A DNA stretch of 63,938 nt, counting the filler, from Octopus bimaculoides (lineage: Eukaryota): the NCBI RefSeq assembly GCF_001194135.2. It is 6 parts of 6 records of this genome, joined end to end, with 100 filler letters (N's around TTAATTAATTAA, not from the genome) between each part and the next. Parts side by side here need not be neighbours in the genome. Positions count along the whole stretch, not along the records: positions 13,239 to 31,387 come from NC_068986.1; positions 31,488 to 56,432 come from NC_068989.1; 4 more parts are not named here. The stretch is one strand, 5' to 3'. The notes beneath the pieces are model-generated. The model did not search any database. It saw only the letters and a program-made list of their open reading frames with translations, and was not told the origin of the DNA. Of this stretch, positions 24,695 through 36,120 are shown in pieces (positions within the stretch are counted from its first letter, which is position 1; the number at the start of each line of letters is the position of its first letter). A program made the translations under genes and the position numbers.

Positions 24695-27600
24695 TTATTG
24701 CACAGCATTCTATTCGACGCTCAAACCATTCTATCAAACGACCACCTTATGACATATACAACTAGATATTAAAGTCACATAACAAAGCAAACTTTCTAAA
24801 AAGCAAGGTGTATAAAAATCAGAAGGGAAAACAAATAGGAAAACGTTACGAAATTTTAAATGTCAGACGAGTTTACTTTGTTGCAAACATCCTTACCGGA
24901 TTTCCGTACTTTTCTCTAAACAGTCCGGGGTGTTAAGTAAAACAGTTATGAATGTTATTCCCACTCCTTTAAATTTTTATATGCAAGAAAGACAGGATGG
25001 TCGCAGCTTGAATAGCTTGACATTTTTCTGTTTTATAATCAGAACTGAACTGGAATTTAACAAACATCGAATTCTTCAACAAAAAGTCTCAACCACACTT
25101 ACAATAATAATCACTTATATAAAGTCAGAAATTGGGAAGGTAGTTAATTAAATTGGCCCTAGTACTTGACTTGTACTCTACTATTACAAATTCAGAGGAA
25201 TGAAACACGAAGTTGATCTTAGTAGAACTTGAACTGAAACCGGAACAAATACAACATAAAAATCATTTTACCATTTTATGCTTATAAAAGATACAATTAA
25301 TTATTTTAAGAGATGTAACCTAACAACGATTTCTTTTTATTATATTCAGTTTATGACTTACTAACAGGCAGACGTAGCGGTAACTTGATGATTGTTAAAT
25401 AATTATTATTTTATAAAATTCCTTTACTAATCCCGAATTCCCCTTTTCCCTTTTCATCGAAAACCGGCACATTATTTATCATTAAGTTGATTTAAATTCC
25501 CCACTCACTTCCCCCAAAACGGGCACTAGACGCTTATGGAGGAATTAGATTAAGTAAATTAATCTTAGCTTCAAGGATAAATTCTCTAGTTTCGGGAAGC
25601 CGGTCAAGTGTTGATTTGAAATATTGCACAAATACTTGATCCGATAAATTATTAAACTAAAATAAAAATAATAAAATTACTTGATTCCAATTTTATTAAC
25701 TTGGATGATGTTATAGTTGAATTCTACTTTTATGTATACGCAGTGACATAGCCAAGGAAATAAGAACATACTTCTGGGTTCGATGCTTCATCGTGGAACT
25801 TTGAGCAAGCGTAGAATTACAAGAATATAAACGTTCTCGAAGATGAAAAGTTCATTTGCAATCAAGATTGTACACAACACCACGAAGTTAAATATTTCGA
25901 CACAACGGTTTGAATTCTTTTTGAGGAAATAACTCATTTGATGTCCATTGACATAACGGAAGAGGGGAATTGTGAGAGGGGAAACAAGAAGTAAACACGA
26001 ATTCTAATACTAAACGAAGAATCGAAGAAGTTACTAACAGCCAACTCGAAAAGAATGCTAATTTCACCAAAGGCATAATGCGGACTACTCTTATTTCAAG
26101 AAAAGTTTCCAGCAGAATGATGTGTTGCTCCCAGTTTTCCAGACGTAAAGATGTAAACTTGGGGCCGCAATGAAAGGTACGCAGCTGGGAGAACAAATCT
26201 GGAGAGTTTTCAATTGCTCCATCGGCGAAGCAGTTAACATTTTGGGGAAAGTACTCCAGAAGGAACAGGAATAAAAACATCAGAATTCTGTTCAGACACT
26301 ACGTCATTTACGACTTAATGTTGGCGTAACTTTCCCCTGAATGGTAAATTTTTCGACGGGTGGAAAATGGCCATTTCTTTCGCGACACATAGTTCTCTTG
26401 AATGTACTAACTGACAGAAGGTTGAGAAATGCATTCGGAAGAATTTCAACAATCATATCATGTTGATGAGCACTTGGATATTATCGTTGATACTTTTCTC
26501 TTTTGTTGTTGGGTGGTATTTTGGATCCTGAGTTCAGGATGATCAGGTGGCATGTTATGGTGTCCCTTTCAGTTTGTGTGATATGGCGCCCAAAAATCTT
26601 TACATAATGCTTACCAAGTGACTGCAATTATGAAAACAGTTTATGTGAATATATATATGTATGTAAATGTATGTATATGTATGTATGTATGTATGTATGT
26701 ACGTATGTATGTATGCACGTATGTATGTATGGATGGATGGATGGATGGATGTATATGTGTGTGTGTACATGTATGTATACCACCCTAGAGAGGTACTTTA
26801 ACGCATATAATCTTATCTATATGCAAAGGCGCAAAATTACAACTAGACCTCTGATCGAATGCATAAATTTTAATTTTCTAAGTTAACATTTAATTACTAA
26901 TCAAATTAATTACTATATGTACAATAATAATTTATATTGCGCTTGCTAATTTCTTTGAAAAGAGATTAATATTTTGATAAATATGTTTTCGGTGAATGTA
27001 CACACAGGCATATATATATATATATATATATANNNNNNNNNNNNNNNNNNNNNNNNNNNNNNNNNNNNNNNNNNNNNNNNNNNNNNNNNNNNNNNNNNNN
27101 NNNNNNNNNNNNNNNNNNNNNNNNNNNNNNNNNNNNNNNNNNNNNNNNNNNNNNNNNNNNNNNNNNNNNNNNNNNNNNNNNNNNNNNNNNNNNNNNNNNN
27201 NNNNNNNNNNNNNNNNNNNNNNNNNNNNNNNNNNNNNNNNNNNNNNNNNNNNNNNNNNNNNNNNNNNNNNNNNNNNNNNNNNNNNNNNNNNNNNNNNNNN
27301 NNNNNNNNNNNNNNNNNNNNNNNNNNNNNNNNNNNNNNNNNNNNNNNNNNNNNNNNNNNNNNNNNNNNNNNNNNNNNNNNNNNNNNNNNNNNNNNNNNNN
27401 NNNNNNNNNNNNNNNNNNNNNNNNNNNNNNNNNNNNNNNNNNNNNNNNNNNNNNNNNNNNNNNNNNNNNNNNNNNNNNNNNNNNNNNNNNNNNNNNNNNN
27501 NNNNNNNNNNNNNNNNNNNNNNNNNNNNNNNNNNNNNNNNNNNNNNNNNNNNNNNNNNNNNNNNNNNNNNNNNNNNNNNNNNNNNNNNNNNNNNNNNNNN

Positions 27601-27789
27601 NNNNNNNNNNNNNNNNNNNNNNNNNNNATATATATATATATATATATATATACATGCATATATTCATGCATACATAATAAATGTGTGTGTGTGTGTGTGT
27701 GAGCGTGTGTGCGTGCGCACACGCGCGTGTGTGTCTGTCTGTGCGTGTGTGTCTGTAATATATAAAGTATGTTATATATATACTATACT

Positions 27790-30700
27790 ATACTCTTTTA
27801 TTGGTTCCGGCTCAAAACTGCGACTATGCTGGAGCACCACCGTTTTGCTACTCTGTAATTATTGAGAACCTCCTCTGAAATGTGGCATTTGGTGAATAAG
27901 ATAGTTTGATGCCGTTACCTTAATTTGCGCCTCCTACCGCGAAGTATGTTCATCTGAAACTCTCCAGAGGAAGAGATCCAGTTTTGTTTTGAAAACACTT
28001 ACATCCACTTTGTGTAGGTCCCTCAGGCTCTTTGGGAGAATATTAAAAAGTTGTGGGCCCTTAAGACCCAGGCTGTTGCAGTAACTGCTCCTGAAATGCG
28101 ATGGCAGTGTTGGGGACTTTGGCACTGTGCAATGGCGACCCGTTCTGGCATTTGTGTAGCTTTCAATGCTAAAATTTGGTACAATTCCTTCCAGGATCTT
28201 CCAGATGTATACTACTGCATATCTCTCCTGCCTTCGCTCTTGGGGAGTAGATTCTTAACTGTTTCAGCCTTTCTCAGTAGCTGAGCTGTTGCAATGAGAC
28301 GCTCTTCTTTGTGCAGCTTCTCTGGGCTGCTTCAAGGTCTGCTGTTAATATTTCAATGTCGGGTGACCATAGTTGGAAGCAGTAGTCTAAGCAGCTGAGG
28401 ACGAATGTCCTTCAGAAGACCATCATGTTTTCCTTCTCTCTGGTTCCGAAGGTTCTCATGATCCGGCCATCCGTCTGCACTTTGTCGCCATCTTGGTAAT
28501 GTGCACCTGGAAAGAGGTATCATCACTCATGTCGATACTCAGATCACACACTGATTTAGGTTCTGAGATTGTAATTCCCCTTGGGCCTGTGTACCCTGTA
28601 CGTTTTTCTTTTAATTTTGTGTGCTGGTAGCGCAGGGCTTGGAATTTTCCAGCATTAAACTGCATACTATTTTCCTCAGCCTATCTGTAAATTGCGTCCA
28701 AAACCTGCTGCAAGCGTGCAACATCGCTAGGTTTTGTATTTTCTGTGAGACTTTCGTATCGTCTGCGTAGCTAGCAAGGGTGGCTATCCGGGAAGCTGAG
28801 GGCATATCTGAGAGGGGCACTATGAAAAGCAGTGCCCTGTGGAACACCAATCACTATTTGTGTTTCCTTTGAATCGGCTCCATTGGCCACCACTGCCTGA
28901 CTTCTACCTTTCAGAAAGTCATGTAACCACTCTCAAAGTTTTCCAGTTATGCCAAGATCGCGCAGTTTGTGGCATATCATACCATGATCAACTTTATCAA
29001 AAGCTTTTGCAAAGTCAAAGTATATTACGTCCACATTTGAATTGTTGAGTAACTGCTTCAACACCTAGTCATAGTGTTGTAAGAGCTGTGTCAGGCAGCT
29101 CCTACCATGCTGGGTACCACTCAGCAAGTCGTTTTCTTCAAAGAATACGATTAGTATCCCTCTGGCTTTGCTCACGTGTGAAGTCAGAGAGATAGGCCTA
29201 TAATTTCTGGCATCTGCTCGGCTTCCTCCTTTATGGATTGGTCATATTATTCTCTCCTTCAATTTGCTTGGCAGCTTGCCATTTGCAAGAAAACTCTGGC
29301 AAAACGTGCCATGGCAAAAACACTGTAGTGTTTTTGCCAGGGCATGTTTGCACGACTTGAGGAGGGTTGCTGGGAAACCATCAGGGTCAGCAGCTGAGTT
29401 TCCGTCCACCTCATCTCTGGCTAGTATTATATCTTCTTCCCGATGTCGATGTAAGCTATCGTAATTACCTCCCTGGTTATAGGTGAGGCGGCAAAGAAAT
29501 CCACGGGTTCGTTCACTTGTCTGTGTTTCAAGGGGGTCATTCAATACTTCACTGATCCTGGTTGGGTTATCTTTGAGGGAATCGTCCTTCTGAAAGAAAG
29601 GTCCTATTTAGCAGCGTACTGAGGCCGTTTCTTTAGCATAATGAAAGAAGGCCTTTTGGGTTTGATTTGATGTTTTTTTTATAACCCAGGTTTCTTTGTC
29701 TGCTCTCTCCTTCGCATAGGATTGTCGCAGGCATTTTTCAGTCTTCATCAGTGTTATGTTTAGGCGGAACCTTTCATTACTACTGGGATGTTGGTTGAAG
29801 CGATTTGCAACCTTCATTTGTCGTCTCATGAGGATCTGCCTTTCACTTGGAATCTCGTTCCTTTTTGTGTTGGCTTTGTAATCTGGGATATATTTGTAGC
29901 ATACGGCTTGCATAACAGACATGAAAACTTTAGTTTCATGCCGATGTCTGATGTGAAGAGACATTTCAGTCAGTCCTGTCTCAGTATCTCTTTCGGGATC
30001 AATTTCCAGTCCGCTTAGTAGAAGTTCATACTTGAGAGATTTCGGATGCTTCCTTTGGGCTGTATGTCTCTGGTTACTTTTGGTCTATACATAGACAGCT
30101 CTATTATGTCGGCGTCACTTTCACATGACAATATTGTTTGTGAAACAGAGATTCAATGTGTTATTTACTCTGGTTGGTCGGAGCACAATTCGCTCCATGA
30201 ATAGGGTATTGGTGAGGTTGAGCAGGGATTCATCTGTACTTGTTTGAAATGAGTCATTCCTGAGCGCATGAGGCCCTTCAGACCATTTGACACTGGTGGA
30301 GTTGAAATCACCCATATGAAACGCACTCACGTGATGTTTCAGTTTCATGAGGTTTCCTTTTGTTCTCGTGAGGCAATCTTAAAACTTGCCCATGTGGTTT
30401 CAAGCATCCTTTGGGTGATATGTTTTGCATATGACTATATTGTGTTGTCTTATGTATACAACTTGAGTGTCACATACTGAATTTGAATATGACAGAAGGA
30501 TCTGGGGTGTGAGGCCCTTATGGATGTATACAGCAACTCCACCATGGCTCCTTTCCCTTCTGTCTGTTCACAGTATGACATATTTTGGTATGTGTACTTC
30601 TGCATCCTCTATATCAGGCCTAAGATGAGTTTCCACGAGTGCTATGCATACGGCTTGATTACATGCAGGAAGGTCTCTCAGCCAAAAGATTTTGTCTTTA

Positions 30701-31370
30701 TTTTTGTGGTGAACAGCCTCCAATGTTTAGTTAAAATATTGGCGTAACGACTGTGCAGGCGTTAGGGAAGGCCATCTCGTGTCTGTTGATTGTGGTGTTC
30801 TTGTGCAGTGGTGGGCAAGGTTTCGAGTTTGATGTTACCAGGTTGGTTGCTTCACAATCTTTTGCGCCATGCAGAAAAAAGAATCTTTCTCGGCTGCTGC
30901 CTTTTGCATAACATCTGAAGAGCGAACTGCATCTGCATTATAATTTCTCTTTGGAGACGATTGGTGCCTCTCCTCTAGGAGGTATTTCTTATTAAGGCCC
31001 CTGCAGGTTTGGCGTGGTCTCGGGTAAGCAAACCGGCAATTTGAACCGTCTTCCTCATACCAACATTTGCCTTGCAGGTACAATTTGCACTTCCTTCTCG
31101 TCTTTACTCCAAATTTTTCTCTCCCCTAGAGATGGGGATATTATTTGAGCCCCCATATTTGGGCTGTTTTTTGTTTTTCGTTTTGTTTTTGGTGGTTTTG
31201 GGTTTCGCTTTTAGTTTTAGTGATATATTTGTTTCTTCTCTTCTTTTACCTTCCTCTACTTTTTCTTTTTTATGTTTTTACTCGTGATCTTTCCTTCATT
31301 TACTGGTGGAAGCCATTACATTCGCTTAGTCGTTCACAGGGACATCTGCTTGTTGCTTCATTTCCCCTAT
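27790..31370 (-). mobile_element. Near full-length decayed CR1-group LINE (ORF1 + APE + RT), multiple frameshifts
   Basis: APE GDFN (30301-30312) and PTRVNNTLNL. RT motifs NYRPISLTS (~29183-29206), VDVIYFDFAKAFDKVDH (~28984-29035), GVPQGT (~28831-28850) and YADD (28758-28769). C-terminus GPQLFNILPKSLR...FKTKLDLFL. ORF1 has a CCCH-like finger. Confidence 0.92.
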
Positions 31371-31519
31371 CCTTATCAACATATATANNNNNNNNNNNNN
31401 NNNNNNNNNNNNNNNNNNNNNNNNNNNNNNNTTAATTAATTAANNNNNNNNNNNNNNNNNNNNNNNNNNNNNNNNNNNNNNNNNNNNCACACACACACAC
31501 ACACTCACACACATACATA

Positions 31520-32790
31520 CAGGGTATCCCAAAAGTCACCGATGGGTTTCAATTTTTAATTACTTCCTTAACTATACAAATAAATGCATGAAATTTTGAT
31601 ACAAATAAGGTACATAATGGAAATCAAATTTTCAACATCACTACATCACATATGAAAAATGACATCGCTTAAATGGCAGCCATTCTTAGCTTCGTATGCC
31701 CATTCTCTTTCCAAAACTTGCACCATAACATCCTCCAGAGTTTCAGACCCCACTTCTCTGATTTCTCTATTTATGTTCTCCTCCAGTTGCACCAGGGTCT
31801 CTGGTTTGTTGACATAAACCCTCTCTTTCAGGTATCCCCCACAAGAAAAAATCCAGGCTAGTCAAGTCTGGGGGACGTGAACGCCAGTTGACATTGCCGT
31901 AACGGGAGACTATTCTCTCTCCAAAGCACTGCCGTAGCGACTGCATTGTATCTCTTGCGGTATGAGCAGTTGTCCCATCTTCCTGGAACCATGTGTGAGG
32001 TCTACTTTGAATGGCGTTCACGTTCCCCAAACTTGACTAGCCCGGATTTTCTTTTCTTGTGGTGATACCTGAAAGAGAGGGTTTACGTCGACAAATCGGA
32101 GACCCTCATGCAATTGAAGGAGAACATCAATAGAGAAATCAGAGAAGTTGGGTACGAAACTCTTGAGGGTGTTGTGGTGTAAGTTTTGGAAAGAGCACGG
32201 GTGTGCGAAGTAAAAAATGGCTGCCATTTAAGTGATGTAATTTTTCATATGTGATGTAGTAATGTTGTAAAATTTAACTCATGTATCTTAATTTCCATTA
32301 TGTCCTTTATATTGTATCAAAATGGAGGCGCAATGGCCCAGTGGTTAAGGGCAGCGGACTCGCGGCCATAGGATCGCGGTTTCGATTCCCAGACTGGGCG
32401 TTGTGAGTGTTTATTGAGCGAAAACACCTAAAGCTCCACGAGGCTCCGGCAGGGGATGGTGGCGAACCCTGCTGTACTCTTTCACCACAACTTTCTCTCA
32501 CTCTTACTTCCTGTTTCTGTTGTGCCTGTAATTCAAAGGGTCAGCCTTGTCACACTGTGTCACGCTGAATATCCCCGAGAACTACATTAAGGGTACACGT
32601 GTCTGTGGAGTGCTCAGCCACTTGCACGTTAATTTCACGAGCAGGCTGTTCCGTTGTTCGGATCAACTGGAACCCTCGACGTCGTAAGCGACGGAGTGCC
32701 AGCACATTGTATCAAAATTTCGTGTATTCATTTGTAATGTTAAGGAAGTTATTAAAAATTGAAACCCATCAGTAATTTTTGGACAGCCTG
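31520..32790. mobile_element. DD41D (rosa/Visitor-type) Tc1/mariner fold-back derivative; both arms are transposase 3' ends
   Basis: TA|CAGGG...CCTG|TA termini. The minus-strand translation WFQEDG...PDLTSLDFFLWG has 41 aa between the Ds. 31520-31870 is the reverse complement of 32030-32790 once the SINE is removed. Confidence 0.88.
32324..32705 (+). mobile_element. tRNA-derived SINE family B, full length, 13-bp TSD
   Basis: A-box-like tggcccagtggttaagg and B-box-like ggtttcgattccc. TSD ATTGTATCAAAAT at 32311-32323 and 32706-32718. Confidence 0.93.
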
Positions 32791-32804
32791 TATATATGTA
32801 TGTA

Positions 32805-32965
32805 TACGACTGGCTTCTTTCAGTTTCTGTGAACCAAATTCACTCACATGACTTTGGTTGGCCTGCGGCTATAGTAGAAGACACTTGCCCAAGGTACCAC
32901 GCAGTGGGACTGAACCCGGAACCATGTGGTTAGGAAGCAAGCTTCTTATCACACAGCCAAGCCTT
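32805..32965 (-). mobile_element. SINE family A, 5' half
   Basis: Reverse complement of the head (gcagtgggactgaacccggaaccatgtgg...cacacagcc). Confidence 0.85.
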
Positions 32966-32979
32966 GACATAAATAGTGA

Positions 32980-33565
32980 AAGATAATACTGGGTGCAATG
33001 ATTCCTTCATATTCTTGGTATTTAAAGTTTATACCTGGGAATTTGTCGGTCACAGGCATTTGGATTTTCTTATTGATTTCATCCTGTCTTTTGGCTGGAA
33101 AACTTTCCCGTCATGGTTTAAGAACAAAGCTAAGTATTTTTATATTATGTTCTTCTATTCTTTGAGTAGTCTTTGGAGGTTAATTCTAGAAAAGAACCTG
33201 ATAAAAGAATTGGCTCGCTCTTGGCGAATGGCTATGTTACTTAATTGTTATTGTGAAGTATGGCGTGGTTTGGCCGTTGTTAAAGTTGTTGATACTGCTA
33301 ATTACTTTGTGTAGTGAATTATTGCAAATTTTATGGTTTTATGTTGAATATATATTTACCAAAAGTTCTGATATTTCTTTGTTATTTCATCGTTTAATTG
33401 CTTGATGTTGAGTAAATTTCTGGTGTGTGTGTTATTTATGTGTTGTTTGAGGTTGTCTAGTTTTTATCTAATTAGTTGTTTTAGTTGCGTAATCAGGGAT
33501 GTATTTTATGGTGTCTTGTCTAACACATACATACATATACATACATAAATATACATATATGAATT

Positions 33566-33603
<38 letters not shown>

Positions 33604-34250
33604 CACAAACACACACAAACACACACATGCACCTGTTTTTGCTGCATCTACAGTTATTGTTTTGAATTTTTCTACTGCAGTATCGATGCTGGTGATTGCT
33701 ATGTTGTGAATTCTGCAAATCTTAATTTTCCTGTAAAAGTGGCTCCATCAGGCATTTTTGATGTCTTTGATATCGTTTTTTTGTTTTCTTCATACGAAGT
33801 GCGTTGTTATGTCCACAGAGTCAAGAATTCGGAGAAGAGTCAAACATTTTTGCTACATGGTTGGGGCCGTTTGGTGTGCAGATGTCTGGAATGTACTTCT
33901 TGCAATTACCTTGGTGATGGGAATCCGTGTCTTAGTACGGGTTATTTAGAATATAACTGGTATTTAGCTGTGTGGTCGTTATGTCACCTCTTGTGTTATC
34001 TGTAGCGTTTGCATACAAGAATGTATAGTGTGCATTTATGTTCTCTGAAATGACGGTGAATGGGACAATTACTCTTGTGGGACGTATACTAGTTTAATAG
34101 TTCTAACCGGATGCCTATGACCATTCGGATGTACCACCATAATATATTTATTATGTTAATGTGTTTCGCTGTCTTTTATTTCTTTAAATCTATTTCTTGC
34201 GTGTTATTGTTTTTCCTAATTGAGGATGATTGTCATGTGCATAAGGGAAG
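32980..34250 (-). mobile_element. Heavily decayed LINE (ORF1 Cys/His region + APE N-terminus)
   Basis: A/C-rich minus strand. NIAIRQE at 33218-33238 resembles the APE DIxxLQE motif. Fragments VCKRYR..HNDH and PY*DTDSHHQGNCKK resemble ORF1 knuckles. Many stops. Confidence 0.4.
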
Positions 34251-34365
34251 CACGATTATATATTAGCTACAAAGCGTTTGCCCTCTGCTACCTTACTGGA
34301 AAGCAACTTGCATGAGATATACTGTGCCAGGGATGTGACGTTATTTAATATATTACAACAATGAG

Positions 34366-34745
34366 TAAGGCGGTGAGCTGGCAGAAACGTTAAGCATGCC
34401 GGGCGAAATGCTTAGCAGTATTTCGTCTGCCGTTACGTTCTGAGTTCAAATTCCGTCGAGGTCGACTTTGCCTTTCATCCTTTCGGGGTCGATATATTAA
34501 GTACCAGTTGAGTACTGGGGCCAATCTAATCGACTTGTGCCTAGAGTAGAAAGGAATCGCTAGCACGCCGGTCAAATGCTTAGCGGTATTTCGTCTGTTT
34601 TTACGTTCTGAGATCAAATTCCGCCGAGGTCACTTTGCCTTTCCTCCTTTCAAGTCGAAAAATAAGTACCAGTCGATCACTGGGGACGATGCAATCGACT
34701 TATTGTCTTCCTCGAAGTTGCTGGCCTTGTGCCAAAATTTGAAAT
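34366..34745 (+). mobile_element. Two abutting SINE family C copies
   Basis: The first copy's tail cttgtgcctagagtagaaagga runs directly into atcgctagcacgccgg of a second, head-truncated copy. Confidence 0.88.
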
Positions 34746-35224
34746 CAAAGTAAATGTCATGTAAATGATGAAATCTTTTAATGCCTAAAAGACTGTTCAT
34801 ATTTTTGTATTAAGTTTCAATGGTATACATTTTCAAATTAACTACTTTGTGAAGTGCTTGGATTTTTCATATTTGGTTGAAGTTTGTTCAAAGCTGCTGA
34901 CCTGAGAAAATAAATAATAGAAATATTTTCAGTTTCTTCGTAATTTTCTTTTTCGCCTTTCTTTATTTGCAGTTTTGAGCCTTACGTTGTCTGTAAATTA
35001 TCCATGTGAGTTTTTACTGGCTGACACACTTAGTTTTACTACGAATTTACAGTTTGCATCATGCTGCTCTTCTTTATTCGTTTGGAATCTTCCATCAGGT
35101 GACTTTGAAACGTGTTGTTACCGTATTTCTCTACGCTGAAGTTTCGTTGTTGAATTGGGGTTCCAACCGCTTATGTAAGGTGACGCTTGTGGGAAACAAG
35201 GTTGATATCTCATTCAAACATAAG

Positions 35225-35375
35225 GCACTGAACTGATAGAATCGTTAGCATACCGGAATAAAAAAACGAATAACGGCATTTCGTTCGTCTTTACGTCCTA
35301 AGTTCAAATTTCATCGAGATCGACTTTGACGTTTGCCTTTTCGGGGCCGATGAAATGAGTACCAGTTAAACACTA
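35225..35375 (+). mobile_element. SINE family C, 5' part
   Basis: gaactgatagaatcgttagc...gttcaaatttc...tttcggggccgatgaaatgagtaccag. Confidence 0.75.
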
Positions 35376-35429
35376 TAATAGAAAGGATATTTCATACAAA
35401 CTGAGCTGGTATATATGTTTGTTCTTTAT

Positions 35430-35561
35430 TTTTTTTACTTGTTTCAGCCATTTGACTGCGACCATGCTGGTCTTGAAGGGTCTTTAGCCGAATAAATCGA
35501 CCCCCAGGACTTTTTTAAGGCCTAGTACTTATTCTACCGGTTGCTTTTGCCGAACCGATAA
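35430..35561 (-). mobile_element. SINE family A, 3' tail
   Basis: Reverse complement of the tail: ttacttgtttcagccatttgactgcgaccatgctgg. Confidence 0.8.
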
Positions 35562-35682
35562 GTTCTATTAATTATAGCAATCTATCATACCATCAATTAA
35601 ATATATGCAGCAAAATATTATACGCTTTTTTTACATACTCTTATCCATTATATATACATATACATAAATATGTATATGTACA

Positions 35683-35732
<50 letters not shown>

Positions 35733-35759
35733 CACACATATATATATATACATACATAC

Positions 35760-35816
<57 letters not shown>

Positions 35817-36120
35817 CAAATAAATATATGCATCTGTATATGTATGTAAACTGCATATATGTCTGTATGTGTGTGTAGGTATGTATGTATACTCACAAAC
35901 ATATATACATACGTATATAAACGTGGATGTGTGTGTGCATGTGTGTCTGTGGATGTGTGTGTGCATGTGTGTCTGTGGATGTGTGTGTGTGTTTGTGTTA
36001 TACATTATATATATATATATAATGTACATATATAAAGGATAAGAGTATGTCAAAAAAAGCGTATACTATTTTATTGTATATTTAATTGATGGTACGATAG
36101 ATGGCTATAATTAATAGAAC
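35562..36120. mobile_element. MITE-like element: ~95-bp TIRs around a TA/CA microsatellite core
   Basis: gttctattaattatagcaatctatc...catactcttatcc at the left is the reverse complement of ggataagagtatg...gatagatggctataattaatagaac at the right. Confidence 0.8.

Noticed and set aside
25888-26280. 130-aa minus-strand ORF
   Set aside because: No recognisable domain, and no convincing splice sites on either strand.
32324-32400. tRNA gene
   Set aside because: It has A/B boxes but no full cloverleaf, continues into a SINE body and is TSD-flanked.
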